NCBI GenBank assembly: GCA_030429145.1
Contig: JAUIDC010000001.1
Location: 600,001 to 632,000, forward strand
Length of the DNA: 32,000 nucleotides
Origin: Candidatus Saccharimonadota bacterium
GTDB lineage: Bacteria > Patescibacteriota > Gracilibacteria > Absconditabacterales > Absconditicoccaceae
Reading direction: 5' to 3'
Shown: piece after piece, positions 11,148 through 21,407 of the stretch
Numbering within the stretch: the first letter of the stretch is position 1
Layout: each line of letters opens with the position of its first letter
Notes under the pieces: model-generated
Databases searched by the model: none
Told to the model about the DNA's origin: nothing
Seen by the model: the letters and a program-made list of their open reading frames with translations, nothing else
Position numbers and translations under genes: made by a program

Positions 11148-11435
11148 TTACCCCGTTTGAATGCTGAAATACTTAATAACAAGAAATATAATGATAGCAG
11201 TGACTAAGAAGTCAATAATTCTCGCTAGTAGTTTTCCATAGAGTATTCCTCTAAATGAAAGGTCGTGTAGTTTATCTATTTTTAGTCTTTTCATCGTAGG
11301 CGCCAGGATGGCAGGTGTAAAGAAGTCTTCGATGATAGATTTTACCACTTCACTTACTTTTGCAGCAACAAGTAAACCTATTGCGATGCCGATGATGTTG
11401 TTTTTCATGACAAAATCGATAAATTCCTGTAGCAT
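11148..11435 (-). CDS. mscL: large-conductance mechanosensitive channel, short form (95 aa)
   Basis: MLQEFIDFVMKNNIIGIAIGLLVAAKVSEVVKSIIEDFFTP aligns with MscL TM1 (KEF.EF..RGNVVDLAVGVIIG.AF..IV.SLV.D.I.P). TM2 is IIDFLVTAIIIFLVIKYF. The protein ends shortly after TM2. Stop TAA. Confidence 0.8.
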   Translation of the reverse strand: MLQEFIDFVMKNNIIGIAIGLLVAAKVSEVVKSIIEDFFTPAILAPTMKRLKIDKLHDLSFRGILYGKLLARIIDFLVTAIIIFLVIKYFSIQTG

Positions 11436-11470
11436 AACTGTTTTTTACCAAATAAATACTTTTTACCTAT

Positions 11471-11905
11471 ATGTCTTTATCGACTAAAAACAAGTGGAAT
11501 CGGAAAACATCGCTGTGGATCATCATCCTTGCGGGAGCGGATCTGCTGAGTAAGTACGTCATTTTTGAAAGAGGGCTTGAAGTCCCGTTTATTCATCCGG
11601 TTATCAATGGTTTTGGTGCGTGGTCGTTACCGATTGCTACACGGATACTTGTAGCTGCATCAATCATTATCACTATCCTGCTCGTCGTACTGTACAGGAA
11701 AAACTACATGTCGCATCGGTCTTTCATCTTCTTGTTTTCAGGTGCACTTGGTAATCTATATGATCGCTTAATCTTCGAAGGAGTCAGAGATCGAATCCAA
11801 ATAGGAGAGTTTCCTGTATTCAATATCGCCGACATACTTATAACCATAGGTGTCTTGCTACTGATTATGGAATACAGAAAACAAAGTAGGGCATGAAGAC
11901 ATTAA
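11471..11905 (+). CDS. lspA: lipoprotein signal peptidase II
   Basis: Four TM segments. GALGNLYDRL and FPVFNIADILITIGV carry the two catalytic Asp motifs of LspA. The TGA at 11894-11896 is read as Gly, so the real stop is TAA at 11903-11905. Confidence 0.82.
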
Positions 11906-11936
11906 TTATTTATCATTTCAACATTGTCATATATTC

Positions 11937-12872
11937 ATGGAAAAACTTATCATTATAGGATCAGGACCTGCAGGTCATGCTGCTGCTATCTACGCATGAC
12001 GTGCTGACCTTAAACCGCTTATGTTCGAAGGATTTTATGCGGCGGGTGTCGCCGCAGGTGGTCAATTGACCACAACTACCGATGTAGAAAACTATCCGTG
12101 ATATGTCTCGATTGGAGGTATAGAGTTGATGGAGAAGATGCGTGAACAGTCTCTTCATTGTGGAGCAAGGATTGAGACCAAGACAGTAGATAAGGTAGAT
12201 TTTTCGACAAGACCGTTCAAGGTATTTGTAGGAGATGAGGTGCATGAGGCTCAGTCGGTTATTGTTTCAACGGGAGCAACTGCGAAGCGTATGGGTGTGC
12301 CAGGTGAAGAGAAATTTTGGCAGAAAGGCATCAGTGCGTGTGCTGTATGTGATGGTGCTTTACCAATCTTTCGTGATCAGCCTATCGTTGTCGTTGGAGG
12401 AGGAGATGTAGCATGTGAAGAGGCTTTGCATATGACTAAGTTTGGTTCTCGTGTAACGATGCTAGTAAGACGTGATGAGATGCGTGCGTCAAAGGCGATG
12501 CAGGAGAGAGTGAAAAACAATCAAAAGATCACCATCATGTGGCATACAGAGCTTGTCGAAGCTCTTGGAGAAGACACATTGCAACAGGTGAAGATCGTTA
12601 ACAATCAGACTCAGGAAGAGAGTATGATAGAAGCAAAAGGTCTTTTCTACGCTATTGGTCATACGCCAAATACGGCATTCTTGGAAAATCAGGTTGAACT
12701 TGATGCATCTGGATATATAAAAACGCAGCCAGGGACGACTAAAACAAGCGTCGAAGGTGTCTTTGCTGCCGGAGACGTGCAGGATCACGTCTATCGTCAA
12801 GCTGTCACCTCAGCCGGTACCGGTTGTATGGCAGCGTTAGATGCTGAGAGGTGGTTAGGAGAGCAAGAGTAG
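11937..12872 (+). CDS. trxB: thioredoxin-disulfide reductase
   Basis: [20 protein letters not shown][TGA][11 protein letters not shown]...[14 protein letters not shown][TGA]Y. Redox-active [21 protein letters not shown] site. [11 protein letters not shown] at 11997-11999 and 12099-12101 (the conserved ENxPG Gly). Extends ORF 12126-12872 upstream. Stop TAG. Confidence 0.92.
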
Positions 12873-12878
12873 TAAGTG

Positions 12879-12905
12879 AAACAGTCTGTTACAGGCTGTT
12901 TTTTC
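12879..12905 (+). terminator. rho-independent terminator after trxB
   Basis: AAACAGTCTGT-ta-ACAGGCTGTTT hairpin (one G.U pair) followed by TTTTTC, 7 nt after the trxB stop. Confidence 0.6.
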
Positions 12906-13053
12906 TTAAAATAACATTTAGACATGTTTTGTAAAAATAGTCAATGCTTTTTGCTCATATTTTAGCCTCTTTTTCCCTTGGTTTTGGTAGTTTAAAGCGG
13001 TATATGTATACTTAAGAAAAGCCATTATTTACTACTCAGAAACAAAAAAATAG

Positions 13054-16000
13054 ATGACACTATGTACCGACAAGCTTGCACAGGTGCTCCAGACGACTGA
13101 TGGACTCAGAGAGGACGTCATTTCTGGTACAGTAACGATAGGTGAACTTGCGACAAAGGCGTGGGGCAACGATCTGAAAGCTCAGTGTTATAGAGAGCTC
13201 CCTTCATACGAGATCTATGATTTTGTCTCGTCGTTTACTGGTAGTGCTGTAGCGCCTGCAAGTGGGCAGACGACAGATATTCCACAGGCAGGCTGATTTT
13301 CTCTTGGTGCTGTGTCTGACTTTTTCAGTGGGATGATGAGTGGTCTTGATGGTAGTATGCAGGAGTATTTGAGTATAGCTGGGTGGATAGTAGCAGGATT
13401 AGTATGATTGGTTGTTCTCTTCAAACTTGTAAGATATATGCTCATTTTCCTCTATGATGTGCTTAACAACCGACGTATGGTCTATGTACGCATCGTACTG
13501 CCTCGTGGTGATGACAAACTCTCTCGTGAGCACGCGAGAGATGTCGCAAAAGACATGAAAGAAAAAATTTCACGTATGGGGCAGGTCTATGATGCACTGC
13601 ATAAACTTGGTGAGTCGTCATTTTATGAGTCGGCACTTCGTTGGGTGTTCCGTAAACCAAAGGTGTCGCTTATCTGGCACTATGAAAATGGACTTTTGTA
13701 CTGTATCATGGGTGTCTATCCAGAGTATAGAAAGATTGTAGAGTCGAGTGTAGCCGCTCAGTTTCCTGATGCGTCTATTGAACTTTTGGAGAAGAGACCA
13801 AGATTTTTCTCGAAAAAATACTATGATATTACTGTGATGGAAGAAGAGAAACATCAGGTGTTTCCTATTAAAACCTTTAAACAAATGCCAGACGATCCGA
13901 TTAATAATATTGTGGACACGATGGGGAAGATGTCTTCAGAAGATACGTTTACGATGGTTATGCCGATTAAGCCGGTAGGTGATCGTTTCAACAGAAAGGC
14001 ACAAAAGTGGGCAACTGGGCTCTATAGAAGAGATAAATTTTACATGAGAAAGGGGAAGACTTCATGGAAGTGGTTTTTCCCACCATATTGGATTATTGCT
14101 TTTATCGGTTTCCTTATGAGATCAGGTTCGACGAAAAAAGAGGAGAAGATGGATAGAGAGACAATCCAAGCAGGAGGTAAAGACCTTGTTCGTATGACGA
14201 AAGCCGAAGAAGAGGCTCTCAATGTTATGGGTGAAGAGGCTGGTAAACATGCTTTTGATACGGGTATTATCCTCATTTCCTCATCAGACAGCAAGGAACG
14301 TACATCGCAAAATATCGATAATATGATATCAATCTTCACGATCTATCGTGATGAGTTCAACAATGAGCTTGATAACAATGAGTTCCTTTCCGATGCTCTC
14401 GGGTTCTTCTTCAAGCCGCTGTGGAGATTCGCAGCGAGATTTTCACTGCCACACTTCTTCTTTAAGAAGAGTATCATGACACCAAATGCGCTGACATCGC
14501 TCTTCCATTTGCCAGATGGTATGTACAATCATGCACCTATTATCAAATGGCTTGACTATAAGATGCTTGCACCACCTGACAATCTACCGCATCTCCAAGA
14601 GCCGACAGATTATATTATCACTGGAAAGGTTGCAGAAGACTATCTTGATGGTCAGGTAAGTAGGATTCTCGAAAAGGCGTCACACTGGGCAGTCGGTGAG
14701 AAAGAAGAAACAAAGACAGAGTATCTACCATATACACAGTGATACAAGCCGCAGGCTTGAGAAAAGGTGATAGAAAAAGATGGAAAGAGATATATAGAAA
14801 AGACTACAACTGAGAAAAAGAAAGGTCTCCGTGTGTTTAAGGATGGTGTATTATTGGGTATTAATATTTATCGTAATACCTATACGCCTATCTATATGAT
14901 GAAGAAAGATAGAACAAGACATCACTATATTATCGGTAAGTCTGGTACAGGTAAGTCGGTATATATTGAGATGATGGCGCGTCAGGATATCTGGGCGGGC
15001 AATGGTTGTTGCGTGATTGATCCGCATGGTGACTTAGTAGAAAGTATTTTGAAGTACATCCCGAAGGAAAGAGCGAAGGATGTCGTCTACTTTGATGCTG
15101 GAAATGAGGAGCGTCCTATGGGACTCAATCTTTATGAGATTAGTTCGACTGATGAGTCAGATCGTGTGGTGAATGATGCGACAGAGATGTTCTTGAAGAT
15201 GTTCGGTCCAGAGATCTTTGGTCCACGTATTCAGGAGTACTTTAAGTATGGTTCATTGACGCTCCTTGAAGACCTGGAAGATCCAGCGACGTTGATTGAT
15301 GTGCCAAGACTATTTACTGATGAGGTATTTAGAGAGTATAAGGTAAAGAAAGTGAAAAACCCGGTAGTAAAAAACTTCTGGGAAAGAACATATAACAATA
15401 TCGGCGAACGTGAAAAGCAGGAGATTATTCCATACTTTACTTCGAAGTTCGTATCGTTTATTACGAACTCACTTATCCGTAATATTATCGGTCAGACGAA
15501 ATCTGCATTTGATTTCAGAGAGATAATGGACAATGGTAAGATTCTTCTTGTGAACTTATCGAAGGGTAAGATTGGTGAGCTCAATGCTCAGCTTCTTGGT
15601 ATGGTGCTTGTGTCGAATATTTACAATGCTGCTATGTCTCGTCAGGATATCGATGAGAAGGATCGTAAGGACTTCTATCTGTATGTGGATGAGTTCCAGA
15701 ACTTTGTAACCAATACGTTTGCAGATATTCTTTCCGAAGCTCGTAAATATAAGCTGTCACTTATCATGGCGCATCAGTATATCGCACAGCTTGATGGTGG
15801 AGCAAGTAATAACATTGGTGAAACTGCCGGTGGAAAGAAATCGGTGAAAGATGCTGTCTTTGGTAATGTGGGTACGATGCAATCATTTAAGATCGGTGCA
15901 CAGGATGCAGAGTTCTTGGAGAAGGAGTATGCACCGGTACTGAGTGCGCAGGATATCGTATGAATAGCGAACTATAAAGCATATATTAAGCTGAACATCA

Positions 16001-16305
16001 AAAATACTACATCACGTGTCTTTAGTATGAACTCGATCTGGACAGAGGATTATAAAAATAAGAAAGCTGCAGAGATCCTTATGGAATATAGTGCAAAGAA
16101 ATACGGACGTAAGAGAGAGTTTGTCGAGGCTGAAATCCAGGCAAGACTTGGTATCCTTGCGGACGAGCGTCATGCAGAAGATCTCAAGAAAATGTTGCCA
16201 GCTGAGGAGATTCATCCAAAGACGCCAATTGAAAATGTTCCTGAGGAGGTACATGAGCAGCAACAGGCGGAGGCTAAAGCGAAAGCTCAACAATCGGAGG
16301 AGTAA
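13054..16305 (+). CDS. membrane-anchored VirD4/TraD-like (type IV coupling protein family) P-loop ATPase with a large uncharacterised N-terminal domain, 1083 codons
   Basis: ORFs 13054-13296, 13408-14742, 14767-15963 and 16027-16305 are in one frame, joined by TGA at 13294, 13405, 14740, 14758 and 15961. TM segment IAGWIVAGLV[G]LVVLFKLV. Walker A HHYIIGKSGTGKS. DPHGDL. RPMGLNLYE. Walker B FYLYVDEFQNF. SEARKYKLSLIMAHQYIAQL. FGNVGTMQSFKIGAQDAEFL. Stop TAA at 16303-16305. Confidence 0.8.
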
Positions 16306-16327
16306 TGCTATAAACTGGACTATTAAG

Positions 16328-16359
16328 AGGAGGAGACAATATGATCTCCTCTTTTTTTA
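16328..16359 (+). terminator. rho-independent terminator after the VirD4-like gene
   Basis: AGGAGGAGA-caatatga-TCTCCTCT stem followed by a T8 run. The ATG at 16341 that the ORF track uses as a start lies inside the loop. Confidence 0.75.
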
Positions 16360-16394
16360 TTGCAACAAATAAACCTTTTCATACACTCAATATC

Positions 16395-17366
16395 ATGAAA
16401 TTCGATGTTGTTATCCCAACTAGAGGAGAACTAAAAACCCTTACATCTCTTTTTACTGCGCTCAATGCGCAGACGCTCATGCCTGAGCGTGTTTTTCTTG
16501 TGTTTGACAAGGAGATGAGTGATGAGCAACGAGAGCAGTTTGGTAAAGAAGCGTGTGGGGTGGCGAGTGACGAGATCGCGAAAAGACTGATGCCAGTTAC
16601 TAGTGTAACGCATGATTTTCAACCAGGAAGAGGAGCAAGCTATGCAAGAAACTATGGATTGGATCTAGTAGAGTCTCCATACCTGTACTTCCTAGATGAT
16701 GACAATGTATTTGATTCAGACTTCTTTGCCAAGTCTCTTCAGGAATATCAAGCTCATGAAAACCATGGGACGACTCTCTACTCGCCAACAGTCGGCCGGC
16801 GCCAGACAGATCATGTGCAGTCAGTTGGTATCAGACAGTTTCACTACCGACTGGGCCGGCCAGAACCTATCATGGGCTGATGAAAGGTGAAAGCCTTTCG
16901 TGCTTTCCTCAATCTCTTTAGAAAGACTCCGCAAGAGACAGATTTCCATCTCCCACAGATGATAGGCGGCAATTCTTTGTTTGGTAAAACGGCGCATTTC
17001 AGACATCTACGCTTTGATGAACGCATGCCATTTGTCTTTGAAGATCTTGATATGACAAATAGACGACATCGCATGATCTGACCAATTCTTGTAAGTAAGA
17101 CAAATATCATTCACCACATGGAGAGAGACAAAACTTCTCTAGAAAGATCATTTATCGCTACTGTAGATGGAGCGTATCAGAAATCTAAAAACCGTATCAT
17201 TTTTGTGAAAAACAACGCGACTCGTTGGCAAAAGATACAATTTTTTGGAATAGGGCTATGGATAAGCACTTTGCGGTTTTCTCTCTTTATTGTGTTAGTA
17301 GGTCGTCATAAGCGAAATGCGCTCAAATGACTGTGGAAGTGAGTGATGGATTGACTAAATGCGTAA
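16395..17366 (+). CDS. family 2 glycosyltransferase
   Basis: MKFDVVIPTRGELKTL..LNAQT, then ARNYGL and FLDDDNVFD (DxD). ORFs 16341-16880, 16887-17081 and 17118-17330 are in one frame, joined by TGA at 16878, 16881, 17079, 17328, 17340 and 17352. True stop TAA at 17364-17366. Start chosen at 16395 because 16341 lies inside the upstream terminator. Confidence 0.78.
16878..16883 (+). other. tandem in-frame UGA-UGA (Gly-Gly) inside the GT2 gene
   Basis: ...cct atc atg ggc TGA TGA aag gtg aaa... in the GT2 reading frame. Confidence 0.8.
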
Positions 17367-17430
17367 AATCAGTTGCATTTTACCTGCTTTTTTCTATCAT
17401 CGCATCTACGTGTAACAAATCAAAGATCGT

Positions 17431-17503
17431 GGGACTGTAGCTCAGTTGGTAGAGCAAGAGCCTCTTAAGCTCCTGGTCCAGGGTTCGAATCCCTGCAGTC
17501 CCA
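17431..17503 (+). tRNA. tRNA-Lys(CUU): tRNA-Lys, anticodon CUU
   Basis: Hand-folded cloverleaf. Acceptor GGGACTG/CAGTCCC. D arm GCTC-AGTTGGTA-GAGC. Anticodon arm AGAGC-CTCTTAA-GCTCC (U33, CTT, A37). Variable loop TGGTC. T arm CAGGG-TTCGAAT-CCCTG. Discriminator A. CCA not encoded. Confidence 0.9.
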
Positions 17504-17565
17504 AATCAAAATAGCTGTCAAAGGCTGTTTTTTGTTTTATATGTCTAGATAATGACAAACAACCT

Positions 17566-17593
17566 TTGATTTTCACATTGGAATTGTTATTAT
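17566..17593 (+). promoter_or_regulatory. candidate sigma70-type promoter for tRNA-Trp
   Basis: TTGATT (17566-17571), 16-nt spacer, TATTAT (17588-17593), about 25 nt upstream of the tRNA 5' end. Pattern match only. Confidence 0.3.
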
Positions 17594-17617
17594 CTCTCAA
17601 CGTATCTATAGAAATAT

Positions 17618-17692
17618 AGGACCATAGCTCAGTGGTAGAGCGGGAGTCTCCAAAGCTCCGCGTCGGGAGTTCGATCCTCTCTGGTCCTGCCA
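17618..17692 (+). tRNA. tRNA-Trp(CCA): tRNA-Trp, anticodon CCA (3' CCA encoded)
   Basis: Acceptor AGGACCA/TGGTCCT. D arm GCTC-AGTGGTA-GAGC. Anticodon arm GGAGT-CTCCAAA-GCTCC (U33, CCA, A37). Variable loop GCGTC. T arm GGGAG-TTCGATC-CTCTC. Discriminator G, then CCA. Confidence 0.9.
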
Positions 17693-17696
17693 TAAA

Positions 17697-17721
17697 ATAT
17701 GACTTCATGTCATGTTTTTTT
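17697..17721 (+). terminator. possible terminator after tRNA-Trp
   Basis: ATATGAC-ttcat-GTCATGT (7 bp including one G.U) followed by a T7 run. The stem is AT-rich and weak. Confidence 0.4.
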
Positions 17722-17793
17722 GTAAAATTAATGTTAATTTATGATGAAATTGTTATAGTGAGGAGATAGCTTTTTATTAATGCGTATATTTAG

Positions 17794-18366
17794 ATGAACA
17801 AACTAATCATAACTGCGCACCCAAATCCACATGGATTTACACATAAGATAGCCGAGAGATTTGTGAAGGTGTCAGAGGAAAAAGGGCATGAGTGTTATGT
17901 GATGAATCTGTACTGCGATGAGTGGAAGCAGGATTATCTCATGCTCGGAGAAGACAACAAGCCACTCGCAGACCCGAAGAAAGCAGCAGTGCAAGAGAAG
18001 ATAAAATGGGCAGATGAGCTTGTGTTTATTTTTCCACTTCGACGATTCGATGCACCAGCTGTTTTAAAAAACTGGCTTGATGTGAACATGACAACAAAGT
18101 TTGCATATATATATAGACCGGGCAACTTGCTACCTCAAAGACTATTGCTTGGTAAAACAGCAAGAGTGATCTTTACTGCTGGTGCGCCGTGACGAGTACT
18201 TTGGACCTGAGGTTTGATGCTTTTGTTCACGTGGTTCTTCACAAGGATGTTTTATACAGGACTGTCTTTGCTCTCATGGACACCATTTGGAAAGGTTCCG
18301 GTAAGGAGATCGCTCGAGGAAAGAGAAAAAATGCTTGCAAAGGTAAGGAGAATCGCTAGTAAATAG
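17794..18366 (+). CDS. flavodoxin-fold NAD(P)H dehydrogenase (quinone)-like oxidoreductase (Flavodoxin_2 type)
   Basis: MNKLIITAHPNPHGFTHKIAERF... then WADELVFIFPL..FDAPAVLKNWLD, typical of the NQO/KefF/YwrO-type fold. TGA at 18190 and 18208 is read through. True stop TAG at 18364-18366. Confidence 0.7.
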
Positions 18367-18396
18367 ATGTTTTATATTTTTATGTAACAGTATATT

Positions 18397-18819
18397 ATGA
18401 AAAGATTTCATAAAGGGTGTGCAGGTATATTGATCGTGCGCCTCGTTATAGGTGCGGTATTCCTTTATCACGGTATCACAAAACTTCTTATGCCTGCTGC
18501 AGGTATGATGGAGTTCGTTGGTGGTGCTGCTACTAATATGGGACTCACATTCTTCTCAAATGAAACATGGTTCTGGATTGTTGCTATCGCTGAAACTGTT
18601 GGTGGTGCTATGATCGTACTTGGTCTTTGTACTCGCTGTGCGGCTACAGTTCTTGGTATCGTTATGCTTTTCGCTATCAATACGAAGGGATGGGCACTTC
18701 CTCAGGCAGAACTTGACTACGTTCTTCTTGGTTCGCTTATCGCTCTTCTTTTCTCAGGAAGCAAGAGATACAGCCTTGATCATGCTATGTGCAAAAGCCG
18801 TGAGGTGGACACACACTAA
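18397..18819 (+). CDS. DoxX-family membrane protein
   Basis: 140 aa with four TM segments. LIVRLVIGAVFLYHGITKL is the DoxX signature region. Stop TAA. Confidence 0.75.
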   Translation: MKRFHKGCAGILIVRLVIGAVFLYHGITKLLMPAAGMMEFVGGAATNMGLTFFSNETWFWIVAIAETVGGAMIVLGLCTRCAATVLGIVMLFAINTKGWALPQAELDYVLLGSLIALLFSGSKRYSLDHAMCKSREVDTH

Positions 18820-18845
18820 GCGACATCTTGTCTATAATTTCGGGA

Positions 18846-18870
18846 GGCTCGGCATTTTGCCGAGTTTTTC
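18846..18870 (+). terminator. rho-independent terminator after DoxX
   Basis: GGCTCGGC-atttt-GCCGAGT followed by TTTTTC. Confidence 0.65.
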
Positions 18871-18927
18871 TATAGCAAAAAAGAGTAAATCCTCTATACT
18901 GACGAGAGATTTATCTATTCTGTATTC

Positions 18928-19188
18928 ATGATGAAAAAATTGTGGTTTAAAAGAAAACTCTATGGATGGTGACGATATCCTGTTTCTTGGGAAGGATGGG
19001 TGACGACGCTTGTGTATGCTGGTCTACTTATCGGGTTGGCATCTACTATCGACGAAAATTCAACAAATCGTGAAGTCGCACTTATCTTTATTCTTCCACT
19101 TATTATCCTTACCGCTGCATTTATACGCATTGCCTCGCAAAAAGGTGAGAAACCAAAGTGGCAATGGGGAAAGAGAAAGGAGGATTAG
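18928..19188 (+). CDS. small membrane protein (86 aa)
   Basis: MMKKLWFKRKLYGW[TGA]RYPVSWEGWVTTLVYAGLLIG... with two TM segments and a basic C-terminus. Extends ORF 19000-19188 upstream through a TGA at 18970-18972. The YGWG..P..W.GW opening resembles a widespread small-membrane-protein family that I cannot name reliably. Confidence 0.55.
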
Positions 19189-19211
19189 TTTTTATTTTTT
19201 GTTCTTAATCT

Positions 19212-21075
<1,864 letters not shown>

Positions 21076-21096
21076 TTTACGACTGATATTATCAAT

Positions 21097-21378
21097 ATGA
21101 GTGAGTTGCACTTGAAAGATATATTATTGTCAGAGGGTTTCCCAATAGTTTATGAATGGCATGATGAACCTGGGACAGTATATCCATTACATTCGCATCA
21201 GCACAAAGTAAGTTTCTATGTAATTCGTTGATCAGTTACATTTCATTTTGATTGAGCTGAGAAGATTATAACCTCAGGACAAAGATATGACGTACCAATT
21301 AAGATAGAACACTCAGCATTAGTATGACCTGAGGGATGTGATTATGTCGTGTGACAAATGAATGAGAACGATGCATAA
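21097..21378 (+). CDS. cupin-domain protein (93 aa)
   Basis: Absent from the ORF track (four in-frame TGA codons in 93 codons). MSELHLKDILLSEGFPIVYEWHDEPGTVYPLHSHQHKVSFYVIR[G]SVTFHFD[G]AEKIITSGQRYDVPIKIEHSALV[G]PEGCDYVV[G]Q. Cupin motifs H.H...G and P....H. Stop TAA. Confidence 0.7.
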
Positions 21379-21380
21379 AA

Positions 21381-21405
21381 AAGAGCCAATGCTTGGCTCT
21401 TTTTC
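21381..21405. terminator. bidirectional rho-independent terminator
   Basis: AAGAGCCAA-tgc-TTGGCTCTT flanked by AAAAA upstream and TTTTCTTTT downstream. Lies between the convergent cupin (+) and flippase (-) genes. Confidence 0.75.
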
Positions 21406-21407
21406 TT

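Noticed and set aside
16341-16394. ORF-track start of the glycosyltransferase at ATG 16341 (MISSFFIATNK...)
   Set aside because: That ATG sits in the loop of the upstream terminator hairpin (16328-16359). The canonical GT2 N-terminus MKFDVVIPT begins at 16395.
16795-16870. Local GC-rich imperfect direct repeat GGCCGGC...CAGA (16802-16818 and 16853-16866) inside the GT2 gene
   Set aside because: It is short and imperfect, and lies in frame within coding sequence (VGRRQTD / LGRPEPI). There are no flanking features of a mobile element or recombination site.
17442-17708. 88-aa minus-strand ORF spanning the tRNA region
   Set aside because: It is the antisense of two well-folded tRNA genes plus their spacer, so it is an artefact.
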